DNA of 63,008 bases, the filler included, from Aduncisulcus paluster (Eukaryota), in NCBI GenBank assembly GCA_024181965.1. It is 15 parts of 15 records of this genome, joined end to end, with 100 filler letters (N's around TTAATTAATTAA, not from the genome) between each part and the next. Parts side by side here need not be neighbours in the genome. Positions count along the whole stretch, not along the records: positions 43,953 to 51,472 come from BQXS01009687.1; positions 51,573 to 63,008 come from BQXS01009688.1; 13 more parts are not named here. One strand, written 5' to 3'. This document shows positions 45,319-56,361 of the stretch, in pieces; within the stretch, counting starts at the first letter, position 1; each line of letters opens with the position of its first letter. Under the pieces are notes generated by a model. That model did not search any database. It had not been told where the DNA came from and was given only the letters and a program-made list of their open reading frames with translations. A program made the translations under genes and the position numbers.

Positions 45319-47559
45319 ATGTCTGAACACTGTCTGTTATTAGAAAAAGATATCAAGAAAATTTTCCTTGGGAAATGTGAAGACCTTCAATTGCCAGAGA
45401 ATAAGTCGCAATCCCAAAGATTTTCAAAAGTTTTATTATCTTCTGTGACAAAAGAAAATATCACATTACAACAGCAAGGATTTGGTCCTAAAGCCATAGA
45501 AGAATTATTTAAATCATTGAAAGAGAAAGATCATAAGTTTCGCAGACTTTTTCTCTCAGATAATCGTATTGGGGACCGAGGGGCAAAATTGCTCGGTCAA
45601 TTTCTAAAAGATAGCAAATCTGTTATGGTTGTTGATGTAAGTGGAAATGAAATTTCTCATGCTGGTGGGAAAGAACTTCTTCAATCCCTTGCTGAAAATC
45701 GTAGTATTACACATTTTATTTTTGGTGGCAGTTCATGTGTTGGAGGAAGAAATCACCTTGGACCCGTTGGTGCCCTTGAACTATCAAAATTTTTAGAGAA
45801 GAATAAGTATATTCATTGTCTTCGACTCTCTGCCGCTGGTTTGGGAGTTGACGGTGCTCTTCATATGTCGCGTGGATTACAATTGAATCATTCCCTCCGG
45901 ATTCTTGACTTATCACGGAATAGTTTCGGAGATGCAGGTGTTGCCCACCTTGCCAAGATTTTAGTGAAAACACGTATCACTGATCTTGATTTGAGTTGGA
46001 ATCAAATTAAAGATTCTGGCCTTAAGATATTATGTAGAGATTACCTTTCTAAAACAAGACATCTTGAAAAACTCTCTTTAGCCGATAATAAGATCACTGG
46101 CAAAGGATTGGTTTATCTTTCCCAAACCCTATCATACCCTTCCATCGGGAAAATCATTGAAAGAGAGCGTGTTGCCACTCATGCTCGTAAACTAGCCGAT
46201 TCAACGATATCTCAATTGCGTGATTTGAACCCCGTTGTTGCCCGTCTTCTAAAAGGTAAAGATACCGATGGTTTGGTTTACAAACCCCCCGAAGAAGTTG
46301 CTGATGCTGTTGACGATGAGATATTGGAAGCTGCCACAGCTGGCCGTATTCTTGAAACCCTTAATCTCCATACTGAAGTTGAGGAGGATGAAGATATTGC
46401 TCGTGGTCTCACGACAAGTATATTATCCCTCGATCTATCGCATAATTCCATTGGTGATGGAGCCTGGGCACAGAAGTTCGGTGAAGCTCTCCAGTCAAAT
46501 TCTACTCTTGAATGCCTCTCGTTATCTCGTTGTGGTATCAGCCATGTCTCCGCTTCATCCCTATCGGATGCCCTACGTGATAACAGGACTCTTTCAAGCC
46601 TCTGCCTGTCGTTCAATTCCCTCAAAGATCAAGGGGTTGTGGCCCTCTCTGAAGGTCTGGGTGAGAATAGTTCCCTCGTAGATCTCGACTTATCCTCGAA
46701 CAAAATAGGTGATAAGGGTACCATTAGATTATGCTCAGCCCTGGAAACAACTCCTGGTCTCAGTCGACTAATTCTATCAAATAATTCAATCAGTGATGCT
46801 TCTGAGGGTGCTCTTAGTTCTCTTGTTGCCAGATGTGCTTCGTTGAATGTGCTTGACCTTGATTTGAATCGTTTATCTCACAAATATCGTGTTTCTTTGA
46901 CATCTTTTGTTGGTAAGAACCTTGAACATAGCGTAGGTTGTGTCGTGAAGCGCCTTCAGACCGATATCCTTGAAAACAAGCAAGTGGAAGCCCAGCTTGA
47001 GGATATGAAACTCCAAGAGACCCGTCTTATTGCACGTCAGAGGGCTCTTGAGAAGAGCATGGAAGAAATGGCCGCCAAACTCACTCACGTCGTTGGAGAA
47101 GGCAACGAAAAGGCTGTACAACTCAGTCAATCGCTCAATACAGTGACCGAAGAGAAGGAGAAAGCTGATGATATCGCCAGAAAGATCGGGTCTGACCTGG
47201 CCACTGCACGCTCTTCGAGTGAAGCCCGGATTGGAATGCTTAACGGGAAGACTGAAAAGACAAGAAATGCAAGAAAACAGGTTGAATCGCAATTACGAGA
47301 GAGAAAGAGGAGTGAGGGTGAAATATTAAAAGTCGTCGAAGAGAAAAAGAAAGATTTTGAGGCTTCATATGCTATTATCGAGGAACAAATTAAAGCCGAC
47401 TCTGCATCTTTGGTATACCAACAAAGATTAAAAGAAATGATTGAAAAAATGGAAAAAGATCCCGTTGTTATTGCGAAAATCAAGACAGCTTCAAGGAAGA
47501 GAGGAAAGAGTGCCCGTTCAAGTAGATCTGCTCGGTCTTCTCGATCTGCAAGAAAATGA
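45319..47559 (+). CDS. RNI-like leucine-rich repeat protein with C-terminal coiled coil
   Basis: Many LxxLxLSxNxIGDxG 28-aa repeats. Confidence 0.9.
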   Translation: MSEHCLLLEKDIKKIFLGKCEDLQLPENKSQSQRFSKVLLSSVTKENITLQQQGFGPKAIEELFKSLKEKDHKFRRLFLSDNRIGDRGAKLLGQFLKDSKSVMVVDVSGNEISHAGGKELLQSLAENRSITHFIFGGSSCVGGRNHLGPVGALELSKFLEKNKYIHCLRLSAAGLGVDGALHMSRGLQLNHSLRILDLSRNSFGDAGVAHLAKILVKTRITDLDLSWNQIKDSGLKILCRDYLSKTRHLEKLSLADNKITGKGLVYLSQTLSYPSIGKIIERERVATHARKLADSTISQLRDLNPVVARLLKGKDTDGLVYKPPEEVADAVDDEILEAATAGRILETLNLHTEVEEDEDIARGLTTSILSLDLSHNSIGDGAWAQKFGEALQSNSTLECLSLSRCGISHVSASSLSDALRDNRTLSSLCLSFNSLKDQGVVALSEGLGENSSLVDLDLSSNKIGDKGTIRLCSALETTPGLSRLILSNNSISDASEGALSSLVARCASLNVLDLDLNRLSHKYRVSLTSFVGKNLEHSVGCVVKRLQTDILENKQVEAQLEDMKLQETRLIARQRALEKSMEEMAAKLTHVVGEGNEKAVQLSQSLNTVTEEKEKADDIARKIGSDLATARSSSEARIGMLNGKTEKTRNARKQVESQLRERKRSEGEILKVVEEKKKDFEASYAIIEEQIKADSASLVYQQRLKEMIEKMEKDPVVIAKIKTASRKRGKSARSSRSARSSRSARK

Positions 47560-48040
47560 TCTTTCAAAGATACTGTTCCTTACCATATCAAAGTTTGATA
47601 TTGGTTTATGACATTATCAGTACCTGGGATACTATCCAATTTCTCCAAGTTATATATTACATTTTATTACATATCTTGATTGTGGCCTTTCTGAAAGTTG
47701 TAAAAGTAAATACATTGTCTTCTGTGATCAAATTGGTATCAAAAATGGTAGGAATTTGTCTCTAAAGGGGTTAATTTATCTTTAAAATCATCATAATTTC
47801 ATTGATTGTGACTGAAAAACACTCTAAGTGAAAAAGAGTCTTTTTCAAAATCGTCAATTTGCCCACATATATCAATGATAATTACACAAAATTAATATAT
47901 TTAGTTGTCGTAATTTATTTTTGCTTGTCTTAATTGTTCAATTTATTTGTTTTCGCCAGATTTCGAACTTTTTTTGTGTTCCCTCAGAATTTCTTGCCAT
48001 TTGAATTTGTGTCCTTCAATTGTTAATGTATTAATGCATT

Positions 48041-48172
48041 TTATAGAACATGAACACGCTGTGGTGTACAACTAACTCCTGCTAACTTACAGATACAACG
48101 ATGAGTGGTGCATTTTGAATTTACACTGCATTTACACTTTCCTGGCTCTCCTCTGCCAGTATCATACAACAT
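48041..48172 (-). pseudogene. Cys-rich CXC (tesmin/KIF4-type) domain fragment
   Basis: KCKCSVNSKCTTHRCICKLAGVSCT; the terminal CxC lies in a shifted frame. Confidence 0.5.
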
Positions 48173-48352
48173 CAACAGAGTTTCGTTTGCCTGAAGTTGA
48201 TTTTTTCCATTTTTGAACTCGTTGGCTGGCCTGAGTGGTTGTGTTTTTGGATGGTTTTCTTCCTCTTGTTTTCTGACTCAAATTTGTAATATACTTCTCT
48301 TCTGCCTCATACATGGCTTCTTTATTTAATAAATTGCTTCAGTATAACATCT

Positions 48353-50308
48353 TCAAATGCAATCCAACCTTTCCAACATGGATATTCCCCATTTTCCGTC
48401 CTCATCCTTTTCGAATGTGCACAAGGCACACTGGCCATCCTTCACAGCACCCGGATTAATGCAAGGGATGCTTCCACACCTCCCAAGAAACGACCCATCG
48501 TGTGAATGACCATGGAAACATCCAACAAGTCGTGTCTGAAACGATGATAATGATGGTGAAAATGACGAATATCGAAGCTCAGTTTGGAATCGATGCAGGA
48601 CATTGTCGAGGTAATCACTGCCTGCACAAATATATTTGCTACGCTTATCATTGTAAGAGCTTGTAGTGCAACTCGAAGAAGGCCCTTGATGTGTCAGAAA
48701 GATTATATTGTCTTTCTCTTTGAGAGTTCTTTGCTCCATCTCCGCAATGACAGGTCGCAAGACTCCATACTGCTGCTGACATGTCATGGGTTGCTTTGAT
48801 GTGAGGTGATGATTTCTGTCCGCTTCAGATCTGAAAGTAAATTTTGGAGCGTCAGTTGTCCATCGCATGGATATCCATTTTATCCATGGATTATTCCTTT
48901 GATCGGCACAGAGTTGGCTCATAACATTTGTGTTGAGGTCAGAAAAGAACTCTTGCATGTGTTGGAGGGCCACGCAATGTGAAACGAGACAATGTGGCAT
49001 CACTGAGAGCTGGGCAAATGTAATGGGTAAATAACAACATATTCTATTCTTGGGGCATATCAATGGGGATATTGAAGATTGTGGATCCATGGAACATTTT
49101 GGAATCATTATAAATGACTTATGTTTATGGTGTTTAGATTCAGAAGATTCAGATTCAGATAATTCAGACTCCGAATCGCATTCGTGTTCATCATGAACAA
49201 TATGATATTGGTGCACAAAAGACTTCATAATATGATCAGGGTCCAAATGACTGTACCAACGATCTGTTGAAGATTCAATAGCATGTCTAATGTCATGTTT
49301 AGATTTAGAATGAGGATTAAATACTTGAGAATGTTTGGGTTTGGAATGAGTATGAGAAGAATCGTGATGGGGATCATATCTCGGGAAAGGGAGGGGATCA
49401 CTACTGGAAAAGGAGGTGTCCAAAGATTGTTTTCGGCTCAAAAATGTATACTCTGCATCAAGTTTCAGCTCCAATTGATCAATTATACTACTACTGACTC
49501 CCATTCCAAAGAGGTGGATTGTTGAATCTTTTCTAAGCTTCAAAGATAAATTATTTCCTCCATTTGTTTCATGGCATGTGGATAATGCTGATTCTTGGCA
49601 TGGTGTAAGTTTTCCAATGGTGAAATGAGGGTAATTGAAGAAGGAAAGTGTCTGAGGACTACGATAAAGTGGGATATATGAATGAATGTTTAAATATGGT
49701 TGGGAGCTCAATCTAAGACGTCCAAGGAGAGAATGAAGCATAAACTCAAAGAAGACGTATGGTTTGCATGAGAGATCACTTGGAATAATAGGATACATGG
49801 AACTCTCCTTTGGAGAAGGTAGGGAAGGGAATCCAAACCCATGCCAAGCAAGCTCACTACTCGCGGAGAGCTTCGTACAATCGGTGTGAAGGCCAGTTTC
49901 AACGGAATAATATGAATCTTCACTTCCACCACATCCAAGGATAACCAAGTCTTCAGCAAGTCGTATCATTCGGTTGTGAGCACAAAGAATTGTTCCCCTA
50001 TCACGAAAAGAATATTCACTTGGATATGATATATTATCTTCAAACAAATTATGCGGATCATGGTTACCTGGAACAAAAATAATGTTGGGGCATATATGGC
50101 TTAGACTATCAATGATCGCACAAAAGTCCGCTTTCATAGACAATTTGTGCGTTTTTTCATCGCTGAAATGATCAATATGGACAACATCTCCAAGCAAAAA
50201 AATGTAATCAACAATATATTTTCTCTGAAGTAATAACGAAGGTATATGGCTCAATACTCCAACATTAAGATGTGTATCACTGAGTATTAATGTCCGAATT
50301 GTTGCCAT
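48353..50308 (-). CDS. Calcineurin-like metallophosphoesterase with a large insertion
   Basis: SDTH, LGDVV, PGNHD, THQGP, FHGHSH and INPG motifs. Confidence 0.88.
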   Translation of the reverse strand: MATIRTLILSDTHLNVGVLSHIPSLLLQRKYIVDYIFLLGDVVHIDHFSDEKTHKLSMKADFCAIIDSLSHICPNIIFVPGNHDPHNLFEDNISYPSEYSFRDRGTILCAHNRMIRLAEDLVILGCGGSEDSYYSVETGLHTDCTKLSASSELAWHGFGFPSLPSPKESSMYPIIPSDLSCKPYVFFEFMLHSLLGRLRLSSQPYLNIHSYIPLYRSPQTLSFFNYPHFTIGKLTPCQESALSTCHETNGGNNLSLKLRKDSTIHLFGMGVSSSIIDQLELKLDAEYTFLSRKQSLDTSFSSSDPLPFPRYDPHHDSSHTHSKPKHSQVFNPHSKSKHDIRHAIESSTDRWYSHLDPDHIMKSFVHQYHIVHDEHECDSESELSESESSESKHHKHKSFIMIPKCSMDPQSSISPLICPKNRICCYLPITFAQLSVMPHCLVSHCVALQHMQEFFSDLNTNVMSQLCADQRNNPWIKWISMRWTTDAPKFTFRSEADRNHHLTSKQPMTCQQQYGVLRPVIAEMEQRTLKEKDNIIFLTHQGPSSSCTTSSYNDKRSKYICAGSDYLDNVLHRFQTELRYSSFSPSLSSFQTRLVGCFHGHSHDGSFLGRCGSIPCINPGAVKDGQCALCTFEKDEDGKWGISMLERLDCI

Positions 50309-50485
50309 TAATTAGGACCTTCAAGAAAACACCGATCCGGGATTGTAAGTTTAGGGGACTCTTTACACATTAATATAAAGTTTCGCCGGAGATAAATGGC
50401 ATTATCATGTTATTATATTTAATATTATTTATTAAAAATAATTATATTCATTTACAACGTTGTGACATTCTACAAGAATCTTAAG

Positions 50486-50706
50486 TTAAGAAAACTGCAT
50501 GATACTCGTCTTATACACTTTTACAGCATATTCACTCACGGTGGAGGAGTCTATTGGCGCTTTTGAAGAGGATGATGAGAAGGAGGCAATGTTTTCTTTG
50601 TTTTTAGAAATTTTAATGGCTTCAACATCAGCAGAAAGTGGTTTATGCTTACCATCAGTACTGTGGTACACGTTAGCCTCTTTGCCAGTACTTACACATG
50701 CGAAGA
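50486..50706 (-). pseudogene. RIO1: RIO1-family atypical kinase fragment
   Basis: CVSTGKEANVYH...YAVKVYKTSIMQF followed by a stop. Confidence 0.75.
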
Positions 50707-51176
50707 GTATGGATCGGCGGCAAAAACGGTGATTGGAATCGGGATCATGTTTTCTTTGAATCTATGAATGAATAAATGTTAAATTATGCATTAATTTTGT
50801 TACTACTTTCTTTTTTATTATTAATTCGTTTTCTCACAATGCTGATCAATCTAGAAAATGAAAGAACACAACGAATCGATTTATAGGGAATTCAGTTGAA
50901 ATTCAATATAAATTAAGTTGTAAAATATATTGAATTACAGGAAAATAAAGGAGTGGTTACAAGTTTATTTCAGTTGTAAAAAATAGTATTTTAAGTTGTT
51001 AAAAACTATATTTTACAACTTAAAATTAAAAATACGTTTTAATGGGTATCTAATAAATTTTATTGTCTTATTTTCTTAAATTTAATGTTGAAATGCTATT
51101 TAATGCATTCTACGAGCAGGAAAAAGAAAAATAAAATGACTGAAACAGATTTGCCTTTATTTTACTATAAAAATTT

Positions 51177-51472
51177 CTTAAATTATGAAAATTAAATAAA
51201 AAAACCAAAAAAAAGAAAAATCGTTGGGGACCCCCCCTTTTTTACGAAATGAAACAGGAATACAGGGGGGGGTCACCGGGGGAAGCAAGGAGGGTCAAGG
51301 GGAGTAAAATAAATAATAAATATTAAGGCTTACGCCTCCCCTGGGTTGATCAGACCCAAGGGAGACCGCTTTTAAGGACACGATGTTGTCAAATAAAGAA
51401 GATAAAATTGTGCGCATAAGGATATACTGCTGATTGCATAAAAATGATATAAAAATGAAATAAATGTTAATA
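51177..51472. repeat. ~300 bp dispersed hairpin-containing repeat, copy 2
   Basis: Near-identical to 19491-19784. Confidence 0.9.
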
Positions 51473-51572
51473 NNNNNNNNNNNNNNNNNNNNNNNNNNNN
51501 NNNNNNNNNNNNNNNNTTAATTAATTAANNNNNNNNNNNNNNNNNNNNNNNNNNNNNNNNNNNNNNNNNNNN

Positions 51573-52126
51573 TGAGATGACCTATCTTGTTCACGATACA
51601 CAGATTTTCCTCCAATACTGACCGATAGTGCCGTTGGAGAATCGTAAATATAATCAAATGAAAGCGGATCGAGAGAAAATTGGGAGTGAGTTGAAGGAAA
51701 GTGAGGAGAATGTCCTAGATCAGGGCCAATGGGCCGAGGAATAGTAGATATAAATGAAGATGCGAATGAAGATGGTAAACTACGACTAAACTCGGGATGA
51801 GACACAGAAGGATGAGAAAGGGTAGGAGGTGGAAAATATCGTCTAGACGATATTGATGAAGCAATTGGAACTGAATGTTGATTATTTCCATACGTTTTTG
51901 GAACGTTTCCCCCAACAATTTCATCTGTTTGCCTCTTCATTACTTCTAACCCTTCATGGCCAATTTCAATATGCGATCTTATAGCCGTAAGAAAATCTTT
52001 TGGCAATCCTTCATCAATATTATCCCGTTTTTGTGATTTTTTCCTCTTTTTCCCAGAGATATTTGGATTTCGAACTATTATATTACAAAACATAAGAAAA
52101 AACGTAGGAAAAATGGAAAGAACCAA
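51573..52126 (-). CDS. Hypothetical Ser/Pro-rich protein, partial; start uncertain
   Basis: ORF running off the contig end. Confidence 0.45.
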
Positions 52127-52500
52127 AAAATTATTGCATATACATACCAGAACTTCTCTTGAAATCCATGTAAAAATTTAGAATATAGCAAAACATGCAA
52201 AATATGGCCCACTTCATCGAATTTAATAAAAAATCCAAAAATAAACCAACCACACTTCAGTTAAGCAACATATAAGGCAAAATAAGATATCTATATTGCA
52301 ATCTTATCTCTTATTCTGGAGATTTTGAGAATTTTGCATTAAATCCAAACCTAGACAATTATTGAATTCTGTATTATGAAATATTGCCTAGTTTTACTTA
52401 TATATAAATGTTATAATCGGATTTTTTGAACATCAACCAAGATATGAACTTGTGACCACAATTCTTTCAAAGAATTGTTTTGTAAGTTTTAAAACAATTA

Positions 52501-53265
52501 TTACTCAACTTTCTTGTCCTTCAATCCATGTCTACCCCCACCAACACCAATTTCTGTGAGATTAGGAAGTTTTGGTGTTGAAGAGATGGGACTTATTCTT
52601 CTTATACCTGTTCCAACTTGTGAAGCTAAATGGGGAAATTTATGTTCAAATGAAGAAAACAATATTGAGGTGTAAACAAAGGTCAGAATAGGAAATATTG
52701 AGAAAGATATAAGAGTAAATGTAGATAGGGGAACAGAATGATAATCGAAATACTCAACAAGTTCCCCATTCACAAGGACAGCCATAAAGCATCGCACTAA
52801 ACAATATGTGAGAAGAGACATATGTTCAAAGGGAATTCGAAGGCATACAGAAAGGAGAAGAGGAATAAATTGGAACTGGAAAAGATATATCAACAAAATA
52901 TGAAGTAATTTGTTTTCAAGCTGCTTATTCAATTCATAAAATGCAAAAATATTGAAAAGTTTTGGCAAAGAAGCGAAGTCAATGTCCGTTTTCTCGATAA
53001 GGTCTGAATTATTAATCACGAGTTTTACATAGACAACAACGAGTTCGAAAAACCCAAGTAATATGACAGAAAACCATCCTTTTTCGATACCAGGAGGAGT
53101 TTCAATCAAAGAATCGTTGAGATATTCGCGCATTGTCTGTAAACGTTCGAGTCTTCTTTTCTTGTTGAGAGAAATTCTTTCTCTCCTCGTCATTGATCGA
53201 AAACTAGAGGGTTTTACATTCGTTTTATATCCATTTTTCGGAGTGTGTTTTCCTCTTTTCCCCAT
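52501..53265 (-). CDS. Hypothetical membrane protein with a basic N-terminus
   Basis: ~254-aa ORF with about 4 hydrophobic segments. Confidence 0.65.
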   Translation of the reverse strand: MGKRGKHTPKNGYKTNVKPSSFRSMTRRERISLNKKRRLERLQTMREYLNDSLIETPPGIEKGWFSVILLGFFELVVVYVKLVINNSDLIEKTDIDFASLPKLFNIFAFYELNKQLENKLLHILLIYLFQFQFIPLLLSVCLRIPFEHMSLLTYCLVRCFMAVLVNGELVEYFDYHSVPLSTFTLISFSIFPILTFVYTSILFSSFEHKFPHLASQVGTGIRRISPISSTPKLPNLTEIGVGGGRHGLKDKKVE

Positions 53266-54376
53266 ATTGATGACCAAACTACGATTTTTTTTTTTCGAAA
53301 ATCAACTCAAATTGTTTGACTGACCCAAGTTTTTCTAATTCAAAAAGAGGGCAAATATATATTATTAACTCACATAAATAATAATTTTTGCGTTTTTATT
53401 TAATAACATCAAACAGAAATGCCACCACAGATTTTTCGCTCAAAGTAGAGACTCGTCAAAAACGTTCGTCCCAAACTTAGTCACAGCAAAACAAATACGC
53501 ACAAATATTGAAGGAATATGCATTATTAAAGTGAAGTTGATTTAGAAAGTGATGAATTGATCTCCGACAAAAAAAACGTCGGAGATTGGTACGGCCTGCA
53601 GAGAATTGCCAATATATCCATATAATGAAAGTTTTAAGATTCAAAATGGATAATAATTGGAAGGAATGATAATATCCTTAGAAACTCACGGCGGGCCGCA
53701 TTCCTCATCCACCACTTGGGCAACCAATTTCACTCATGGTTTTAATTTGAGGATTTGGGGAAATAGATCTGCCTGAGAAACCTCGAGATCCTGATGGTTG
53801 TGACCCCCCAGATAGAAGGGTTTTTTCATATTCGATGGAAAATAAAGACTTTAAGAATTGTTTGACGTGGCTAAACATGTTTTAAATATATTTTATGAAT
53901 AATATTTTTGATAAGAATTTGATTTTGTTTGGTATTGATATCAAAAGAGGACCGGCGTCTCAAATCGCCGATGATTTGTTGTTGATCAGCCGCAGACCTA
54001 CTAGAAGAAAAAGTATTAGCAATAAACTTTAGTAAGCATTATAAAATCAATATGATCATCTATTCAGGCTGTAAACTGCTTCCTACAAAAAAACGAAATT
54101 GAAAAATCGAAAGTATATTGACCTAATAGTGTGCAAATGAGGTAAAAAAAAAAAACTAATTTGGATAAAAAGAGAACTAGAAAAATAAATTTATATATTA
54201 TTTTTGCTCGATGATATCGGATTCACTTGATCATCTGGAGTCAATTGTGGTCCAGATCATTTTCATATATAAATTTCTTTGAGTCTATCAATTTGCAGCG
54301 ATATTCTCGTGATAATTTTATTCAAATACACCTTTTATTATATTCATTCATTTTAAATTGTTATTTTTCGATAACT

Positions 54377-54967
54377 ATGCCCGTTGCTCATATTCTCAGA
54401 ACATCATCAGTTGAAGAATTGTCAATTTCTTCATCTCAACCTAATCAATCTCATTCTTATGATCTTCCAGAGACAATTTTTGGTGGCGTTGATAAATTGG
54501 CTCTTGCTATTCACTCTAAACCTCGACCATCCAATTCCGATCTTTCCTCGCGCTCATCATCTCTAAGTCCCTCAGATATCAGTGATTTCGGCTTTAGTTC
54601 CTTAGATAGTAGCCTTATTGATGCTGCTCATAAAGCTTTAAGTGCTATAACAGCCGATGATGATCTGCCAATAACTTCTCCATCTCAGATCCGTCCAAAA
54701 ACTTCTAAAGGGCTCACAAAGCCAAAATCCAAAATAAGACCTCCTATTTCCTCCAGCAATGCCTCAACTAAGAAGAAACGATTCAGATGGACGCTGGAAG
54801 CCCAAACAATTCTTAAATCACATCATCGTGATTATTTACCTCATAAAAAGCAATATAAATCTGAATATGTTGATCAAATAATTAAAGAACTTTCAGATAT
54901 TGGTGTTACCGCATCAGCCAAGCAGATATTGAATTTTTACCATAACTTGAACTCGAGAAAGAAATAA
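54377..54967 (+). CDS. Ser-rich protein with a C-terminal atypical homeodomain-like helix-turn-helix
   Basis: KKRFRWTLEAQTILK...QIIKELSDIG..SAKQILNFYHNLNSRKK. Confidence 0.6.
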   Translation: MPVAHILRTSSVEELSISSSQPNQSHSYDLPETIFGGVDKLALAIHSKPRPSNSDLSSRSSSLSPSDISDFGFSSLDSSLIDAAHKALSAITADDDLPITSPSQIRPKTSKGLTKPKSKIRPPISSSNASTKKKRFRWTLEAQTILKSHHRDYLPHKKQYKSEYVDQIIKELSDIGVTASAKQILNFYHNLNSRKK

Positions 54968-56361
54968 CCTTTCATTTATTAATATCAATGGACATTGCAG
55001 GACAGTATTGTGCTGTATTGTATATTTTTTAACGAAATATTAGCTTTTCTTCCTTATTGATTCTTAATTCCTTCTTCTATATTGCCAGATGGACTGGCAC
55101 TTCTGTTGAAAGTTCTGGAAGAAAGAGTTTTGACGATTATCTCGTATAAATGATCTTTTTTTCATTCTTCTTGAGTCTTGTCTCTTCTCAATAATCTAAA
55201 TTTATTATTTGAATTGTAATTTTTTCTTTTTTCTAGGTCGATTGGTGTCATCGGGTTTCGATGACTAATTTTTTATGAAGTAAACCAAAAAAAAAAAAAA
55301 AAAAAAAAAAAAAGTGTCTTCTTTAGCCATTTGATTTACGATAAAACTGCAAAAATAGCAACAAATTTAAATTTAAATTCAAGATTTGATTTCCTTGGAA
55401 TGAGGTGATAGAGATATAGATTTGGCCAAATTGATGTGGAAATATATTTCTAACAAGAAAAAAAGAGCCATTTTATAACCGCTCCTGACGAGGCACTTGA
55501 TAACTGTAACAGTTAAACTGTTAAACTCTTTGCCTAGGCACAGTCTTGTAAGACTGTACAGCAGAGGTCAGACTTTAACCTGAAGAAATTCAAGGTTATG
55601 CACCTCCACAAGTTTAGTCCAGAAGCACCAAGACATCTGGAAGGAGCAAAATTCGTTACTTGTGCCAACAACAACAAACAAACAAACAACAAGCGGATTA
55701 TGGATCAATGAGGCCAATGCAACAAAGAAGTCGATCACAAAACTCAGTCGCAGCGATAGCCGAAGGTCTCAAAAGAAATCAAGCTTCAAGAACACAGAGG
55801 AGACTTTGAAAATCATCATGGAGGACGAATTCAGAAGTTCAGAAAGAGTGATGTATTCCTCAGTGGATTTGATTGTCATTTTGGGACCAAGATCTCTAGA
55901 ATAAGTTTATTTTGTTGATATCAGATAATATCTGACAGATATAGTATATTTGATCGCAACCAACATTAGACAAGTTGATTTCTCTATCCATGCCAATTTA
56001 CTTGACAAATGCACCCCGTTCTATTGACCAGATCGGCCCTCTTAATCTGCTCATCTCTCTCCCTTCTTTGATTGGAACATTTGTTTTTAAAAAAAGTGGC
56101 TGAAAATGTACTGGGTTGTCGGTTTTCACCTCAAGTTTTCTCTAATAGAGAATCTATACATTGATGACGATGTCACAAATACTTTTGAAGTAAGAAATAT
56201 TGATAATGTATGAAAATAATACCAAATAGTATCGACGTTTAGATGGTCACCATATCTCAGGAATCTTCAATCTTTTCCTCGATGAACATCGGACTTCGAC
56301 GGAGAGTCTCCGATGACTCATCAAATATGATATTTCCACTGGCTCAATAAAATCAATACGA

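Noticed and set aside
55287-55313. Poly-A tract as a retrocopy tail
   Set aside because: No target-site duplication or recognisable retroposed body was found.
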